DNA of 64,000 bases, taken from the NCBI RefSeq assembly GCF_963921235.1, contig NC_086097.1:78990001-79054000 (forward strand), given 5' to 3'. This DNA is from Mobula hypostoma (lineage: Eukaryota). Shown one piece after another: positions 26,988 to 39,529 of this stretch (its first letter is position 1; every line of letters begins with the position of its first letter). A model generated the notes under the pieces. It searched no databases. It was given only the letters and a program-made list of their open reading frames with translations, and was not told where the DNA came from. Made by a program: the position numbers and the translations under genes.

Positions 26988-28240
26988 CAGTGGTCCCCAA
27001 TCACCAGGCCACAAAGCATGTGCTACCAGGCCGTGAGGAAACAATATGATTTGGCGATATGAAATGATATGCATCAGCTGCACCTTTTGTCATTCCGTCA
27101 CGCCCACTATTGAACTTTAACGCACGCGAGGTCATCAGTGACCCAAGACGCAAATGATTCAAGACATGCAAAGGAATGGGTCCGTGACCCATTTGTGAGT
27201 GTTTCCGGTGAATTTCCCATGTCAGCGCGGGAAAAATATCAACTCCTCGAGTTTGCAAATGACGGTGGGCTGAAAAGTATGTTTGACTTAACATCTCTGC
27301 CAGCATTCTGGATCAAAGTCAAGGCTGAATATCCTGAGATAGCCACGAAAGCACTGAAAACATTCCTTCTATTTCCAATATCATAGCACTGCGAAGCGGA
27401 GGTTTCTGCAATGAATGCAACGAAAACTAAATTGTGGAATAGACTGGACATAAGGAACCCCCTTTGAGTATCGCTGTCTCCCATCACCCCTCGATGGGAC
27501 CGTCTTGTTGCAGGAAAACAAGCCCAGGGCTCCCATTGATTCAGCGATATTGGTGTGTTGCAATGATTTTATATGTTCATACGAGGAAAATATGCGGTGT
27601 GCTTAATATCCAAACGTTACTTAAAATGTTATGATGCTATTGACTTATAAGTGAATTATAATCAGTGGTCCCCAACCTCCGGGCCGCGAAGAATGCAGCG
27701 GTGGCCGGAACGTACCCAGCAAACCTTTGAGAAAAAAGCCGAAATAAACAAGCTAATTGATTAGGTGCCGCCCTGCTCGTAAATGTTGGCCCAGATCAGG
27801 GGCGATTGCTGATTGCGTCACCTCTGATCTGGGCCGACATTTACGTGCCAGGCGGCACCTAATTAATTAGCTTGTTTATTTCGGCTTTTTTCTTAAAGGT
27901 GTGTTGGGTGCGTTCTGGCCACCGCTGTACCGCTGCATTCTTTGTGGCAATGTATCAGTCCGCAGCCCGGAGGTTTGGGACCACTGTTATAATTGACTTA
28001 TCACTATATTCATGCGAGGAAAATATGCGGTGTGTTTAATATTAAATTTGTTAGATAAACCCCTTTAGAAACGAAATTGAGTGTATTAGCCACTTATAAG
28101 TGACTTATAGTTGACTCATCACCTATATTCCGGTCGTGATTAACACCCCCCGCACCCCCCCCCCACACCAGTTGGCCAGTCCGCAAGAATACTGTCAATA
28201 TTAAACCGGTCCGCGGTGCAAAGAAGGCTGGGGACCCCTG
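26988..28240 (+). mobile_element. Internally deleted hAT (Buster/Charlie-type) transposon retaining the C-terminal dimerization-domain coding region
   Basis: TIRs cagtggtccccaa / ctggggacccctg; 8-bp flanks ggtTAtat/attTAtat; peptide WVRDPF...FWIKVKAEYPEIATKALK...KQAQGSH. Confidence 0.88.
27663..27986. mobile_element. Palindromic hAT MITE nested in the Charlie-type element
   Basis: TIR cagtggtccccaacctccgggc / gcccggaggtttgggaccactg; TTATAAT duplicated on both flanks; nearly whole-length inverted repeat. Confidence 0.9.
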
Positions 28241-28387
28241 ATTTATATGACTGGCAAATGAAATCTCTGTCAGTCCTGCACACTGAATGTAGGTGTATAC
28301 ATCAATATTTTGTTTCTCCAATGTAGACTACATTGTGGACAAACAGGAAACTATAAGCCAACAGAATCATAGCTTTATCTGAAAGGA

Positions 28388-29768
28388 CACTCCACTCTTT
28401 AAGAAGGGAGGAAGGCAAAAGAAAGGAAATTATGGGCCACTTAGCTTAACCTCAGTGGTTGGGAAAATATTGGAGTCCATTATTAAGGATGAAGTTTTGG
28501 AATACTTGGAGACTAATAGTCAAAGTCAAAGTCAGCATGGTTTCCGTGAAGGGAAATCTTGCCTGCCAAATCTGTTAGAGTTCTTCGAGGAAGTAACAAG
28601 CAGGGTGGACAAAGGAGAGGCAGTGGATATCATTCACTTGGATTTTCAGAAGGCATTTGATAAGATGCCACACATAAGCCTGCTCAACAAGATAAAATCC
28701 TATGGTGTTACAGGAAAGATACTGGCTTGGATAGAGAAATGACTGACAGGCAGGAGGCAGCGAATAGGAATAAAGGGAGCCTTTTCTGGTTGGCTGCCAG
28801 TGATTAGTGGTATTCCTCAGGGGTCAGTATTGGGACAGCTACTTTCCACATTGTTTGCAAACAATTTAGATAATGGAATTGATAGTTCTGTAGCAAAGTT
28901 TGTGGATGATACGAAGGTAGGTGCAGGGGTAGGTAGTGCTGAGGAAGCAATGCAATTGCAGCAGGACTAATTGGAAGAATGGGCAAAAAAATGGCAGATG
29001 GAACACAGTGTTCAGGGAAATATATGATAAAGCATTCTGGTAAAAGGAACAATAGTGTGGACTATTATCTGCATGGGGAGAAGGTTTAAACAACAGAGGT
29101 GCAGAGGGACTTAGGCGTCCTCGTGCAAGACTCCCAGAAGATTAATTTACAAATCGAATCTGTGGTAAAGAAAGCAAATGAAACGTTGGCATTTATTTCA
29201 AGGGGAATAGAATATAAAAGCAAGGAGATAATGCTGAAGCTTTATAAGACACTAGTCAGACAGCACTTAGAATACTGTCAACAATTTTGGGCCCAATATC
29301 TCAGAAAGGATGTATTGTCATTGGAGAGAGTCCAGAGGAGACTCCAGAAATGAAGGGGTTAACATATGAGGAGCACTTGGCAGCTCTGGGCCTGCATTCA
29401 CTGGAATTTCGAAGAATGTATGGGGATCTCACTGAAAGCTACCGAATGTTGAAAGGACTAAATAGGGTGGATGTGGAGAGGATGTTTTCTATGGTGGGGG
29501 TATCCAGAACCAGAGGGCACAGCCTCAAAATTGAGGAGCGACCTTTTAGAACAGAGGTAAGGCGGAATTTTTTTTTAGCCAGAGAGTGGTGAATCTGTGG
29601 AATGCTCTTAAGATGAAGTTGATAAGTTTCCTGATTGGTCAGGGCAACAAAGCATATGGCGAGAAGGCGGGCGTATGGGGTTGAGTGGAATCCAGGATCA
29701 GCCATGATGGAATGGCGGAGCAGACTGAATGGCTGAATAGCCTAATTCTTCTCCTATGTTTTATGGAC
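28388..29768 (+). mobile_element. CR1 LINE, 5'-truncated (RT half and 3' UTR)
   Basis: SQHGFREGKSCLPNLLEFFE, LDFQKAFDK, QRDLGVLVQ; tail ctcctatgttttatgg. Confidence 0.92.
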
Positions 29769-30042
29769 TACTTGCTTCCCTGAACACAGGAAGGAAGGAG
29801 ATACATAGTGGCCATTACAGCACCAGTGGTTATCTCACTCTATTATTCCTTTGGACTGATTCGTCTATCCTTCATCATCTCTATAATTTCAAACCAACTC
29901 ATTTTTCTCCAATTCTAATAAAGGGCTTACAAAACTCGGTTTATTTTTCCACTGCAGAGTGTTAATTCTTGTCATTACTCAACTCTAAATTGCTCATCCA
30001 TTCTTCACCCATTGAAAGTTTGCTCACCTTTGCCCCATCAAA

Positions 30043-33000
30043 CATAAGACCATAAGACAAAGGAGCAGAAGTAGGCCATTCGGCCCATCGAGTCTGCTCC
30101 GCCATTTTATCATGAGCTGATCCATTCTCCCATTTAGTCCCACTCCCCCTCCTTCTCACCATAACCTTTGATGCCCTGGCTACTCAGATACCTATCAATC
30201 TCTGCCTTAAATACACCCAATGACTCGGCTCCACTGCTGCCCGTGGCAACAAATTCCATAGATTCACCACCCTCTGATTAAAAAACTTTCTTTGCATTTC
30301 TGTTCTGAATGGGTGCCCTTCAATCCTTAAGTCATGCCCTCTCGTACTAGACTCCCCCATCATGGGAAACAACTTTTCCACATCCACTCTGTCCATGCCT
30401 TTCAACATTCGAAATGTTTCTATGAGGTCTCCCCTCATTCTTCTAAACTCCAAGGAATACAGTCCAAGAGCGGACAAACGTTCCTCATATGTTAACCCTC
30501 TCATTCCCGGAATCATTCTAGTGAATCTTCTCTGTACCCTCTCCAACGTCAGCACATCCTTTCTTAAATAAGGAGACCAAAACTGCCCACAGTACTCCAC
30601 GTGAGGTCTCACCAGTGCCTTATACAGCCTCAACATCACATCCCTGCTCCTATACTCTATTCCTCCAGAAATGAATGCCAACATTGCATTCGCCTTCTTC
30701 ACCACTGACTCAACCTGGAGGTTAACTTTAAGAGTACCCTGTACAAGGACTCCCAAGTCCCATTGCATCTCAGAACTTTGAATTCTTTCCCAATTTAAAT
30801 AATAGTCTGCCCGTTTATTTTTTCTGCCAGAGTGCATAACCATACACTTTCCAACATTGTACTTCATTTGCCACTTCTCTGCCCATTCTTCCAATCTATC
30901 CAAGTCTCTCTGCAGACTCTCCGTTTCCTCAGCACTACAGGCCCCTCCACCTATCTTCGTATCACCAGCAAACTTAGCCACAAAGCCATCTATTCCATAA
31001 TCCAAATCGTTGATGTACAATGTAAAAAGAAGGGGCCCCAACACTGACCCCTGTGGAACACCACTGGTAACCGGCAGCCAACCAGAGTAGGATCCCTTTA
31101 TTCCCACTCTCTGTTTCCTGCCAATCAGCCAACACTCTATCCACGTATGTAACTTTCCCGTAATTCCATGGGCTCTTATCTTGTTAAGTAGCCTCATGTG
31201 TGGCACCTTGTCAAAGGCCTTCTGAAAATCCAAATATACAACATCCACTGCATCTCCCTTGTCTAGCCTCCTGGTAATTTCCTCAAAAAATTGTAATAGG
31301 TTTGTCAGGCACGATTTTCCTTTAAGGAATTCATGCTGAGTTCTGCCTATCTTGTCATATGCCTCCAGGTACTCTGTAACCTCATTCTTGACAATCGACT
31401 CCAACAACTTCCCAACCACTGACGTTAAGCTAACAGGTCTATAATTTCCTTTTTGCTTCCTTGCCCCCTTCTTAAATAGCGGAGTGACATTTGCAATCTT
31501 CCAGGTCTTCCGGAACCATGCCAGAATCTATCGACTTTTGAAAGATCATCGCTAATGCCTCTGCAATCTCCACAGCTACTTCCTTCAGAACACGAGGGTG
31601 CATTCCATCTGGTCCAGGAGATTTATCTACCTTTAGACTATTCAGCTTCTTGAATACTTTCTCTGTCATAATTGTGACTGCTCACACTTCTCTTCCCTGC
31701 CACCCTTGAGTGTCCGATATACTGCTGATGTCTTCCTCAGTGAAGACTGATGCAAAATACTCGTTCAGTTCCTCTGCCATCTCCTTATCTCCCATTACAA
31801 TTTCTCCAGCATCATTTTCTATTGGTCCTATATCTACTCTCACCTGTCTTTTACTCTTTATATACTTGAAAAAGCTTTTTGTATCCTCTTTGATATTATT
31901 TGCTAGCTTCCTTTCATAGTTAATCTTTTCTCTCTTAATGACCTTCTTGGTTTCCTTTTGTAAGGTTTTAAAAACTTCCCAATCCTCTGTCTTCCCACTA
32001 ATTTTTGCTTCCTTGTATGCCCTCTCCTTTGCTTTAACTTTGGCTTTGACTTCTCTTGTCAAGCACGGTTGCATCCTTTTTCCACTCGAAAATTTCTTCT
32101 TCTTTGAAATATACCTGTCTTGCACCTTCCTCATTTCTCGCATAAACTCCAGCCACTGCTGCTCTACTGTCTTTCCCGCCAGTGTCCTTTTCCAGTCAAC
32201 TTTGGCCAGTTCCTCTCTCATGCCACTGTAATCTCCTTTACTCCACTGAAATACCGACACATCAGATTTCGGCTTCTCTATTTCTAATTTCACAGTTAAA
32301 TCAATCATGTTATGATCACTGCCTCCTAAGGGTTCCTTCACCTCAATCTCTCTAATCACCTCCGGTTCATTACACAATACGCAATCCAGTATAGCCAATC
32401 CCCTAGTGGGCTCAACAACAAGCTGTTCTAAAAAGCCATCTCGCAGACATTCTACAAATTCTCTCTCGAGATCCAGTGCTGACCTGATTTTTCCAATCTA
32501 CTCGCATGTTAAAATTCCCCACAATTATCACAACACTGCCCTTCTGACAAGCCTTTTCTATTTCCAGTTGTAATTTGTAGTCCACATCACTGCAGCTGTT
32601 TGGAGGCCTATAAATAACTGCCATCAGGGTCCTTTTACCCCTGCTATTTCTTAGCTCAACCCATAAAGATTCTGCACCTTCCGATCCTATATCACCTCTT
32701 TCTAATGATTTAATATCGTTTCTTACCAATAAAGCCACTCCTCCCCCTCTGCCTACCTTCCTATCCTTCCGATACACCGTGTATCCTTGGACGTTCAGCT
32801 CCCAGAGACATGCATCCTTTAGCCAGGTCTCAGTGATGGCCACAATATCATACCTGCCAATCTGTAGCTGTACAACAAGATCGTCCACTTTATTCCTTAT
32901 GCTGCCTGCATTTAAGTACACCTTAAGACCAGTATTTGATACTTTTCGCTTTGATTTCACTGCAACTTTATTGCACTGCAACTCATCCCAATGGCTAAAA

Positions 33001-33690
33001 ATTTGCCCCATCACCTGCCTGTCTTTCCTGACATCTTTACTGCTCACTATCTTGGATTTATTTCTGTTTTCCCCTTCCTCCGCTCTATCATTCCGGTTCC
33101 CATCCCCCTGCCAAATTAGTTTAAACTCTTCCTAACAGCTCTATTAAAATTTCCCGCCAGGATATTGGTCCCTTTCGGGTTCGGGTGTAACCCGTCCTTT
33201 TTGATCAGGTCATACTTCCCCCAGAAGAGATCCCAATTATCCAAGAATCTGAAGCCCTGCCCCCTACACCAGTCTCTCAGCCACGCATTCATCAGCCTGA
33301 TCCGACTATTCTTGCCCTCGTTAGCACATGGCACAGGTAGCAATCCTGAGATTACTACCCTGGAGGTCCTGCTTCTCAGCTTCCTTCCTAATTCCTGGAA
33401 ATCTCTCTTCAGGACCTCCTCCTTTGTCCTATCTATGTCATTGGTACCAACATGTACCAAGACAACTGGCTGCTCACCCTCCCACTTTAGAATATTCAGG
33501 ACCCAATCCGAGACATCCCGTACCCTGGCACCTGGGAGGCAACACACCATGCGGGTATCTCTGTCAGGCTCACAGAATCTCCTGTCTGTTCCCCTGACTA
33601 TGGAATCCCCTACGACTACCGCATTTCTCTTCTCCCTCCTTCTCTCCTGCACAACAGCGCCAGGCTCAGTGCCAGAGACCCAAACACAGG
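30043..33690 (-). mobile_element. Near-complete CR1 LINE: ORF1 SGNH/GDSL esterase-like region (33116-33652) and ORF2 APE-RT with frameshifts; same sense as ZFYVE26
   Basis: VVVGDSIVRG, HVGTND, DGLH (esterase); NAGSIRNK, AITETW, YRPP, SDH (APE); 411-aa RT ORF 30184..31419; tail (CTTATGGT)-like repeats. Confidence 0.95.
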
Positions 33691-34195
33691 GATAACCATT
33701 GTGAAGATCCTGAATTTACTGCATAAAATGCACTTTTATTTAACAAAAATATAGTAGACTATAATTGACAGTATAAATTAGTGTTACTGATATTTTGTCC
33801 TGCATGGAGTTCTTTAAAATCCTGTAATACTCATTATTTACTTGAATAATAATGAAATAATGTTGATGTGAATGATATTTAGAGATCTGTCAACATAATT
33901 AAAATCTTTTTTAAAATCATATAGAACACAGCAAAACCTCAAAAAGTTAAAATGCTCAAAGATGCAGCTAAATGGTTTAAAAGTTTAAATGACACACCCA
34001 AAGAATCAAAGATACATAGCTCATATGTAAAACACTATTGTGTGGTAAATTATTTTTAATAAGAAATCTGACTTGCAATAGCAGATCAATGAAACAAAAA
34101 CAAAATTCATGACCTCACATCATTCTGGTTGTCTTGTATAATCATATATTTTCACATTATGAAGTGTCAATTAACAGTAACTGGAAGTCACATAC

Positions 34196-34395
34196 CTTCT
34201 GATAAACCTGAAGCTCCTTTTTCTTTGCAAGCAGATCAGACCTTAACTCCCTTTTGTTTGTGCTGGGATCACTCAGACAATAAAACAGAACCTCAAGACA
34301 TGCATCAAGTGGCCACTTCTCCATGCAGTGGAGAAGCAGCTTAGCTCGTAGGGTAGCATTCCTTATGCGGATGAGATATTCCCAGCCTTCTTTCT
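34196..34395 (-). CDS. ZFYVE26: ZFYVE26 exon (200 nt): EKEGWEYLIRIRNATLRAKL...KKKELQVYQK
   Basis: Acceptor ctctggcag|, donor AAG|gtatgt; ORF 34157..34408. Confidence 0.92.
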
Positions 34396-35472
34396 CTGCC
34401 AGAGTCACAAGACATAATACAAAAGAGAACCACTTGACATGAATACAAAAAGAATTAGATTAAACAATAGCTGGTCTTAAAAATATGGCTTATAGGTCAA
34501 TGAACAACTGCATTATAGCTTGCCCTTAAAGCAGGCTCAAATGAACTGATTAGATTTCCCAATTATGAGCAACGGAAGACCAGCTAATGCAGGAAGCTGC
34601 TTTCATTGGCTGGTTATATGAAACACAATGTTAATGACACTCTCTAAAACCAACCAGCAGGCAAACATAATAGTTGTGTGTCAAGTATATACAAGAAACT
34701 GTTACGTATGTGCACAGCAATTAGCATGTGCATACTGATCTAGGAATTTTCATACATTAGTGATGAACATCCACTATTGTTACACATGGGATTCAGAAGA
34801 ATTTGCAGCACTGGATAGAAGATTAAAAGACCTACAATCTTGGACCTAGAGTGCAGACATAACCCAGTATCCATTCTGATTACATACATCATGGTTGCAC
34901 AATTCTGTTATAAATTCACATTTGTCATAGATATTACCAATGTTACACCAACTATAATTTCTCTTCCCACAGCAGTGGCACTGTAATATCTCAACTAGCA
35001 AGCAAGTGGGATTATGAATAGCTTTCCATTAATGTGAATGGAGAGATAGTGGAAAATATTGATAATATAATTAAATATTTAACAAAGGTATGTAAATTTG
35101 GGGGATTGTTAACTGACTTTACCTAAAGAATTCAATATTGTCAAAAGATTTCTTAAGTGCTTGAAAGACTATTACACCTATCAATATGGAATAAACACCT
35201 TAAGGAGCACTTCTTTTTTTCCTTAATTTTAAAAACAGTATAACTAAGGCATTCTTAAAGTCATGGATTTTTTTTTATTTCAACACTTCAGTCTGCTGAT
35301 ACAATAGGGAACTTCACTCAACTAAATGTCTTCCAAGCCTATGAATCTACATATTTTAGACTGTTCTTCCTGGAGATGATTCTGCCTTTCTAGGAAATTG
35401 TTTAAATTTTAATTGGACTTGCATGCATGAAGCCTTTAATGATACTCTATCACAAGGGTTTTGCAGCCTTAC

Positions 35473-36212
35473 CTTCCATGACAGCACAACTGAGCAGAAC
35501 ATCTTTCAGTTTCTCAAACTCTTCACTCTCATCACCATATAGTTCCAGAGTCTTCAAGGCCCTGAGCCAGTGTCTATCACATAGGAACTGCCTGAATGCT
35601 TCTGTTACTGTGCTCACAGCAATCTCAGAATGAAGGCCTGATAGCAAAAGTGTAACACATGGATTACCATACAGAGAGTCCACAAGGCTGGCAATTTCTT
35701 CTTGGGTTCCTAGAAAAGGCTCAGCCATTGCAGAAAGAAAATGTTCAAGGACTGGAAATCCTTTCATTAATTCCTCACACTCCTTGCACATTTGTTCCAC
35801 GTCAAGGAGTACCTCCGTGCGACCACTCAAACGTTGCTTCCATGACAGACTGTGTTTAAGTGCCTTCTGACCCCGGGTAGCAGTTAAACATACAAGGACT
35901 GTTAGTAACTCTGAATGAGACTTGAGGAAATTCAAAGCAGAAGGAATGAGAGAATATGGTCCCAAGGAAGATTCCGATAATTCACCTTCAACTATTCCTT
36001 CTGCCTGATGTAATGAACTTGGAAGGGCGAATCCCAAATCAGGAAGACAATCTTTTGTGTTTTCCTCTATCAGTTTAATTGCTTCGTTGAGAAAAGATGT
36101 ACAGTGGCCGAGCTTCTTGGTGTTCCACAGTGGAAGGCATTCACAGCAGCAGTTTACAATGATCTCTTGTACATTCAGATTCAGGTCTTCCTTGTGCAGT
36201 AGCATGAACAGC
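35473..36212 (-). CDS. ZFYVE26: ZFYVE26 large exon (740 nt): LFMLLHKEDLNLNVQEIIVNCCCECLP...KLKDVLLSCAVME
   Basis: Acceptor ccctctgtag|, donor AAG|gtaagg; ORF 35450..36205. Confidence 0.95.
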
Positions 36213-36659
36213 CTACAGAGGGAATCAAGATATCCAATATTCAGGCTCAGGCATTCAACCCATTCATACTTAATATAACAGGCTGAGAATGCAAAATAGT
36301 TGTCACCTTGTCAACAATTCTTCCAAGATAGTAATTCAATGTGTATTTTAGGGAACTTCGATAATGTGTTAAAATATAATGCACATAAGAATCTCTTAGG
36401 TTTGGATTATAATCTGGAAAATATTAACTGTGAGAATGTGCTGTTTTCTAGGAGGCTCTGGTATACCAGCCAAGCGCAAGGATGAAGTCAGAGCTGGGGA
36501 GGATTGGCTACAAATGGAGCCAGCTGTGCTGCCAGAGGCAGTGGCCGGGAACAGGTGCAGCAGAGATGGGGAACTGTAGACCAAAGTGCTCCTGGAGGAA
36601 TAGGCACTAAGGTACATGAGAGGGGTGTGAAATAGAAGCACAAAAGGGCATTACCTTCA

Positions 36660-36960
36660 GCGAACAAATTCAAGAAAAACGCAGGGAGCAGTAACAACCA
36701 CCGCATATGGGGTATTGACCTCACAAAAGCCTTTCACTCCATTAACTGAGAGGAACTGTGGAACACTCTCCTCAAATTCACCAGCTTACACAAATTTGTC
36801 TCCATCATATGTTTGTTTCATGACACAATCCTAAGTAGTGGGTTCACAACAAAGTCAATCACACACAAAGAGAAAACTGGTGCAAAAAAAAAAGGGCTGC
36901 GACATTGCTCCAACACTTTCACAATCTTTCCTAGAAGTTAAATTAGCAACACTTAAAACC
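36660..36960 (+). mobile_element. Decayed RTE-clade RT fragment
   Basis: Conceptual translation QIQEK.REQ...IDLTKAF.SIN...KGCDIAPTL. Confidence 0.6.
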
Positions 36961-37039
36961 AAGACAATGTTTGTAACATTCACATTATGGAGTTTTGAAG
37001 GAAAAAGTACCCATCATAAACACAAGTAGTTAATCCCAA

Positions 37040-37605
37040 TGCATCGTCCTCTGCATTGGTAAACCCCATCACTTCATCGAGCACCTCCGTTCCATCTGCC
37101 AAAAGCCAAACTTCCTGGTGGCCAAACATTTTAATTCCCATCCTGTTGCAACATGTCAGTCCATGGCCTCCTCTTGTATCACCATCAGCTGACCCTCAGG
37201 GTGATAAAGCAACACCTTACATTCCATCTGGGTAGCCTCCAAATACCAACTTCTCTTTGCAGCAAAAAAAAATTCCCTCCCATCTTCTTCCATTCCCTAC
37301 TCTGGCCTTTTATCTCTTCTCAACTGCCTATTATCTCTTCTTTCCTTTCTCCTATGGTCCACTCTTCTACCAGATTCCTTCCACTCCAACCCTTTACCTT
37401 TCTTACCTACCTGGCTTCATCTATCACCTTCTTGCTATTCTCCTTCCCTTTCTTTCACCTTTTAATTCCCCCTTGCTTTCCAGTACTAGAGAAGGGTCTT
37501 TGCCCAAAACATCGGCTGATTATTCATTTCCATAGATGCTGAGTTCCTCCAGCATTTTTCTGTGTAATGTTTTGGATTTCCAGCATCTGCAGAATTTCTC
37601 ATGTT
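37040..37605 (+). mobile_element. Penelope-like element 3' fragment (GIY-YIG region and terminal repeat with decayed hammerhead)
   Basis: Conceptual translation FIEHLRSICQK..VAKHFNSH..SVHGLLL..QHLTFHLGSLQ, then pyrimidine-rich UTR and cagtactagagaagggtctttgcccaaaacatcggctg. Confidence 0.78.
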
Positions 37606-37738
37606 TATTAACTGCAGATTATTTGTTGATAAAAATCTACTTGTATGCTGTGTAACAAATGAACATAGGTCAAGCGAAGAAATAATAAAGACACTATTAT
37701 GATAGGAATGAGAGAGAAATCATTTGAATTTTTCATAC

Positions 37739-37844
37739 CGGTCAGGTGAAGTTGACTTCTCAAAAAGCAACTGTGCAAAGAGTTGTGATGGAGTTTGCTG
37801 CAGAACGATGAAAGGATTTCCTACTTTTATATCTGCAAACTGAT
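37739..37844 (-). CDS. ZFYVE26: ZFYVE26 exon (106 nt): DQFADIKVGNPFIVLQQTPSQLFAQLLFEKSTSPDR
   Basis: Acceptor aatttcag|, donor CCG|gtatga; KVGNPF motif; phase 1-2. Confidence 0.92.
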
Positions 37845-38071
37845 CTGAAATTAAAATAACAATTTGATTTTGCTACAGGTAGCTCAAGTTGTCCAAGGTC
37901 AACACAGTTTAGCTGCACTGTAGCTTCCCCCACCACTTATCTTCTTCACCCCTTTTGCATCCATTGTCAATTTTAAACTTTGACTTCTTTTGTTAAAATG
38001 GCCTTACTTAAAAAAAAATCAGTGTAATTTTAAATACTTCAAGATATGATTAAAATGCTTATAAGTCTTAC

Positions 38072-38296
38072 CAGAATCTCGGTTCATACTTCGAACATAC
38101 ACTGCTGCAAGCGTGTTGATGTAGTCAAAAAGGGTTTTCACGTAGTCTGGTCTGGTTTGATTATCTAGCACAGGTTGTATCTGGCCATCCAGGTTCTTCA
38201 GTAACTCCTTCACATTGGATTGAATTGTATCTGCTTCTGAATCCTGAGGTCGAGAACTTGCTTGCTCTAGACAGCTGAGTATGTTAATTTTTGCCT
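38072..38296 (-). CDS. ZFYVE26: ZFYVE26 exon (225 nt): EAKINILSCLEQASSRPQDSE...RPDYVKTLFDYINTLAAVYVRSMNRDS
   Basis: Acceptor cctgttttttag|, donor CTG|gtaaga. Confidence 0.93.
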
Positions 38297-38512
38297 CTAA
38301 AAAACAGGAAAATTATTTTTGTTTCATTCATAAAAGCATTAAGTACAGCACATGTGATTCAGCATTATTGGCAGAACATGTCAGAACCTTTATAACTAGT
38401 ATCCTATTCCTATAAGGAAACACTTTTTTCCCTAAAAAAATGCAAACATAATAAATTATGCAAAAGAAATGGGCAGAAAACAGAACTGGGAATGTGTATT
38501 GACTGTTGACCT

Positions 38513-38960
38513 TGAGCAACACACACAAACACCCAGAGAAACTCAGCGTCAATGGAGGGACATAAACAGTCAACATTTCAGACCCAGACCCTTCGGGTGG
38601 ATTGGAAAGGAAGGGAGGACAAGGCCTGGATAAGAAGGCAGGGGGAGAGGTGGAAGTACAAGCTGGTAGATAGGTGAAACCAGGTGAGGAGAAAGGTGGA
38701 TGTGTAGAAGAGAGGGGGGGAGTGAAGTAAGAAGCTGGGAGTTGATTGGTTTCACCTTTCACCTACCAGCTTGTGCTCCTTCCCCGCCCCCACCTTCCTA
38801 TTCCTGTCCCTTACTCCTTCCTTTCCAGTCCTGATGAAGGGCCTTGGCCCGAAACATTGACCATCTATTCTCCTCCGTAGATGCTGCCTGAACTGCTGAG
38901 TTCCTCCTGCACTTTATACGTGTTGCTCTGGATTTCCGGCAGCTGCAGAATCTCGTGTTT
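38513..38960. mobile_element. Head-to-head inverted pair of Penelope-like terminal repeats (minus 38513-38748, plus 38748-38960)
   Basis: Both arms read ggtttcacct..accagcttgt..cctttcca..gaaggg..gaaa..ttgac..ctgagtt..gttgctc, in opposite orientations. Confidence 0.75.
38826..38861 (+). ncRNA. Minimal type-I hammerhead ribozyme motif (PLE-derived), core intact, AUU cleavage triplet
   Basis: CAGUC-CUGAUGA-A-GGGCC-UU-GGCCC-GAAAC-AUU-GAC. Confidence 0.7.
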
Positions 38961-39364
38961 AGAACTAGACTTAGCAGTTAATGAAGAGCAAGTAGTTACA
39001 ATAAATACACTCATAAACAGGTCTCCTGAAAGCTATTTTAATTTTAAAAAGGAGTTGCATTAGTTTTCTCAGCTTCTTGATTTTGCAAAGTATATGTGCT
39101 TCGCAATGAGGCTCAAGCAGCACCATACTTGAGATGAGGGATAATAGAAACTGTAAAATGTTGTATTTCCATGCAGGATGATAAAAGGGAGGAAAGTCAG
39201 AGCTCTACATTTGTACAGCATAGAAACAGGCTGTTTAGCCCACTTCATCTCCGCCAACCATTATGTCTATATTATGTCTGCAGTAATTCCATACCGTGTG
39301 CCTTTCTCAATTAACTATCAGCCCAGAGGCCTCTTTATTGTTCCTGTCTCCACTACCTCATCTG

Positions 39365-39520
39365 GTAGCTCATTCCCCTTTCTTTCCAGTCCTGATGAAG
39401 GGTCCTCAGCCTGAACCGTCATCTCTTTATTCCTTTCCATAGATGCTGCCTGACTGCTGAGTTCCTCCAGCATTTTTTATGTGTTACTCTGTATTTCCAA
39501 TATCCGCTAAATCCCTCGTG
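39365..39520 (+). mobile_element. Penelope-like terminal repeat fragment with hammerhead motif (CUGAUGA at 39392; GAAAC mutated to GAACC)
   Basis: ccagtcctgatgaagggtcctcagcctgaaccgtc...gatgctgcctgactgctgagttcctccagc. Confidence 0.7.
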
Positions 39521-39529
39521 CTCCTGCCA

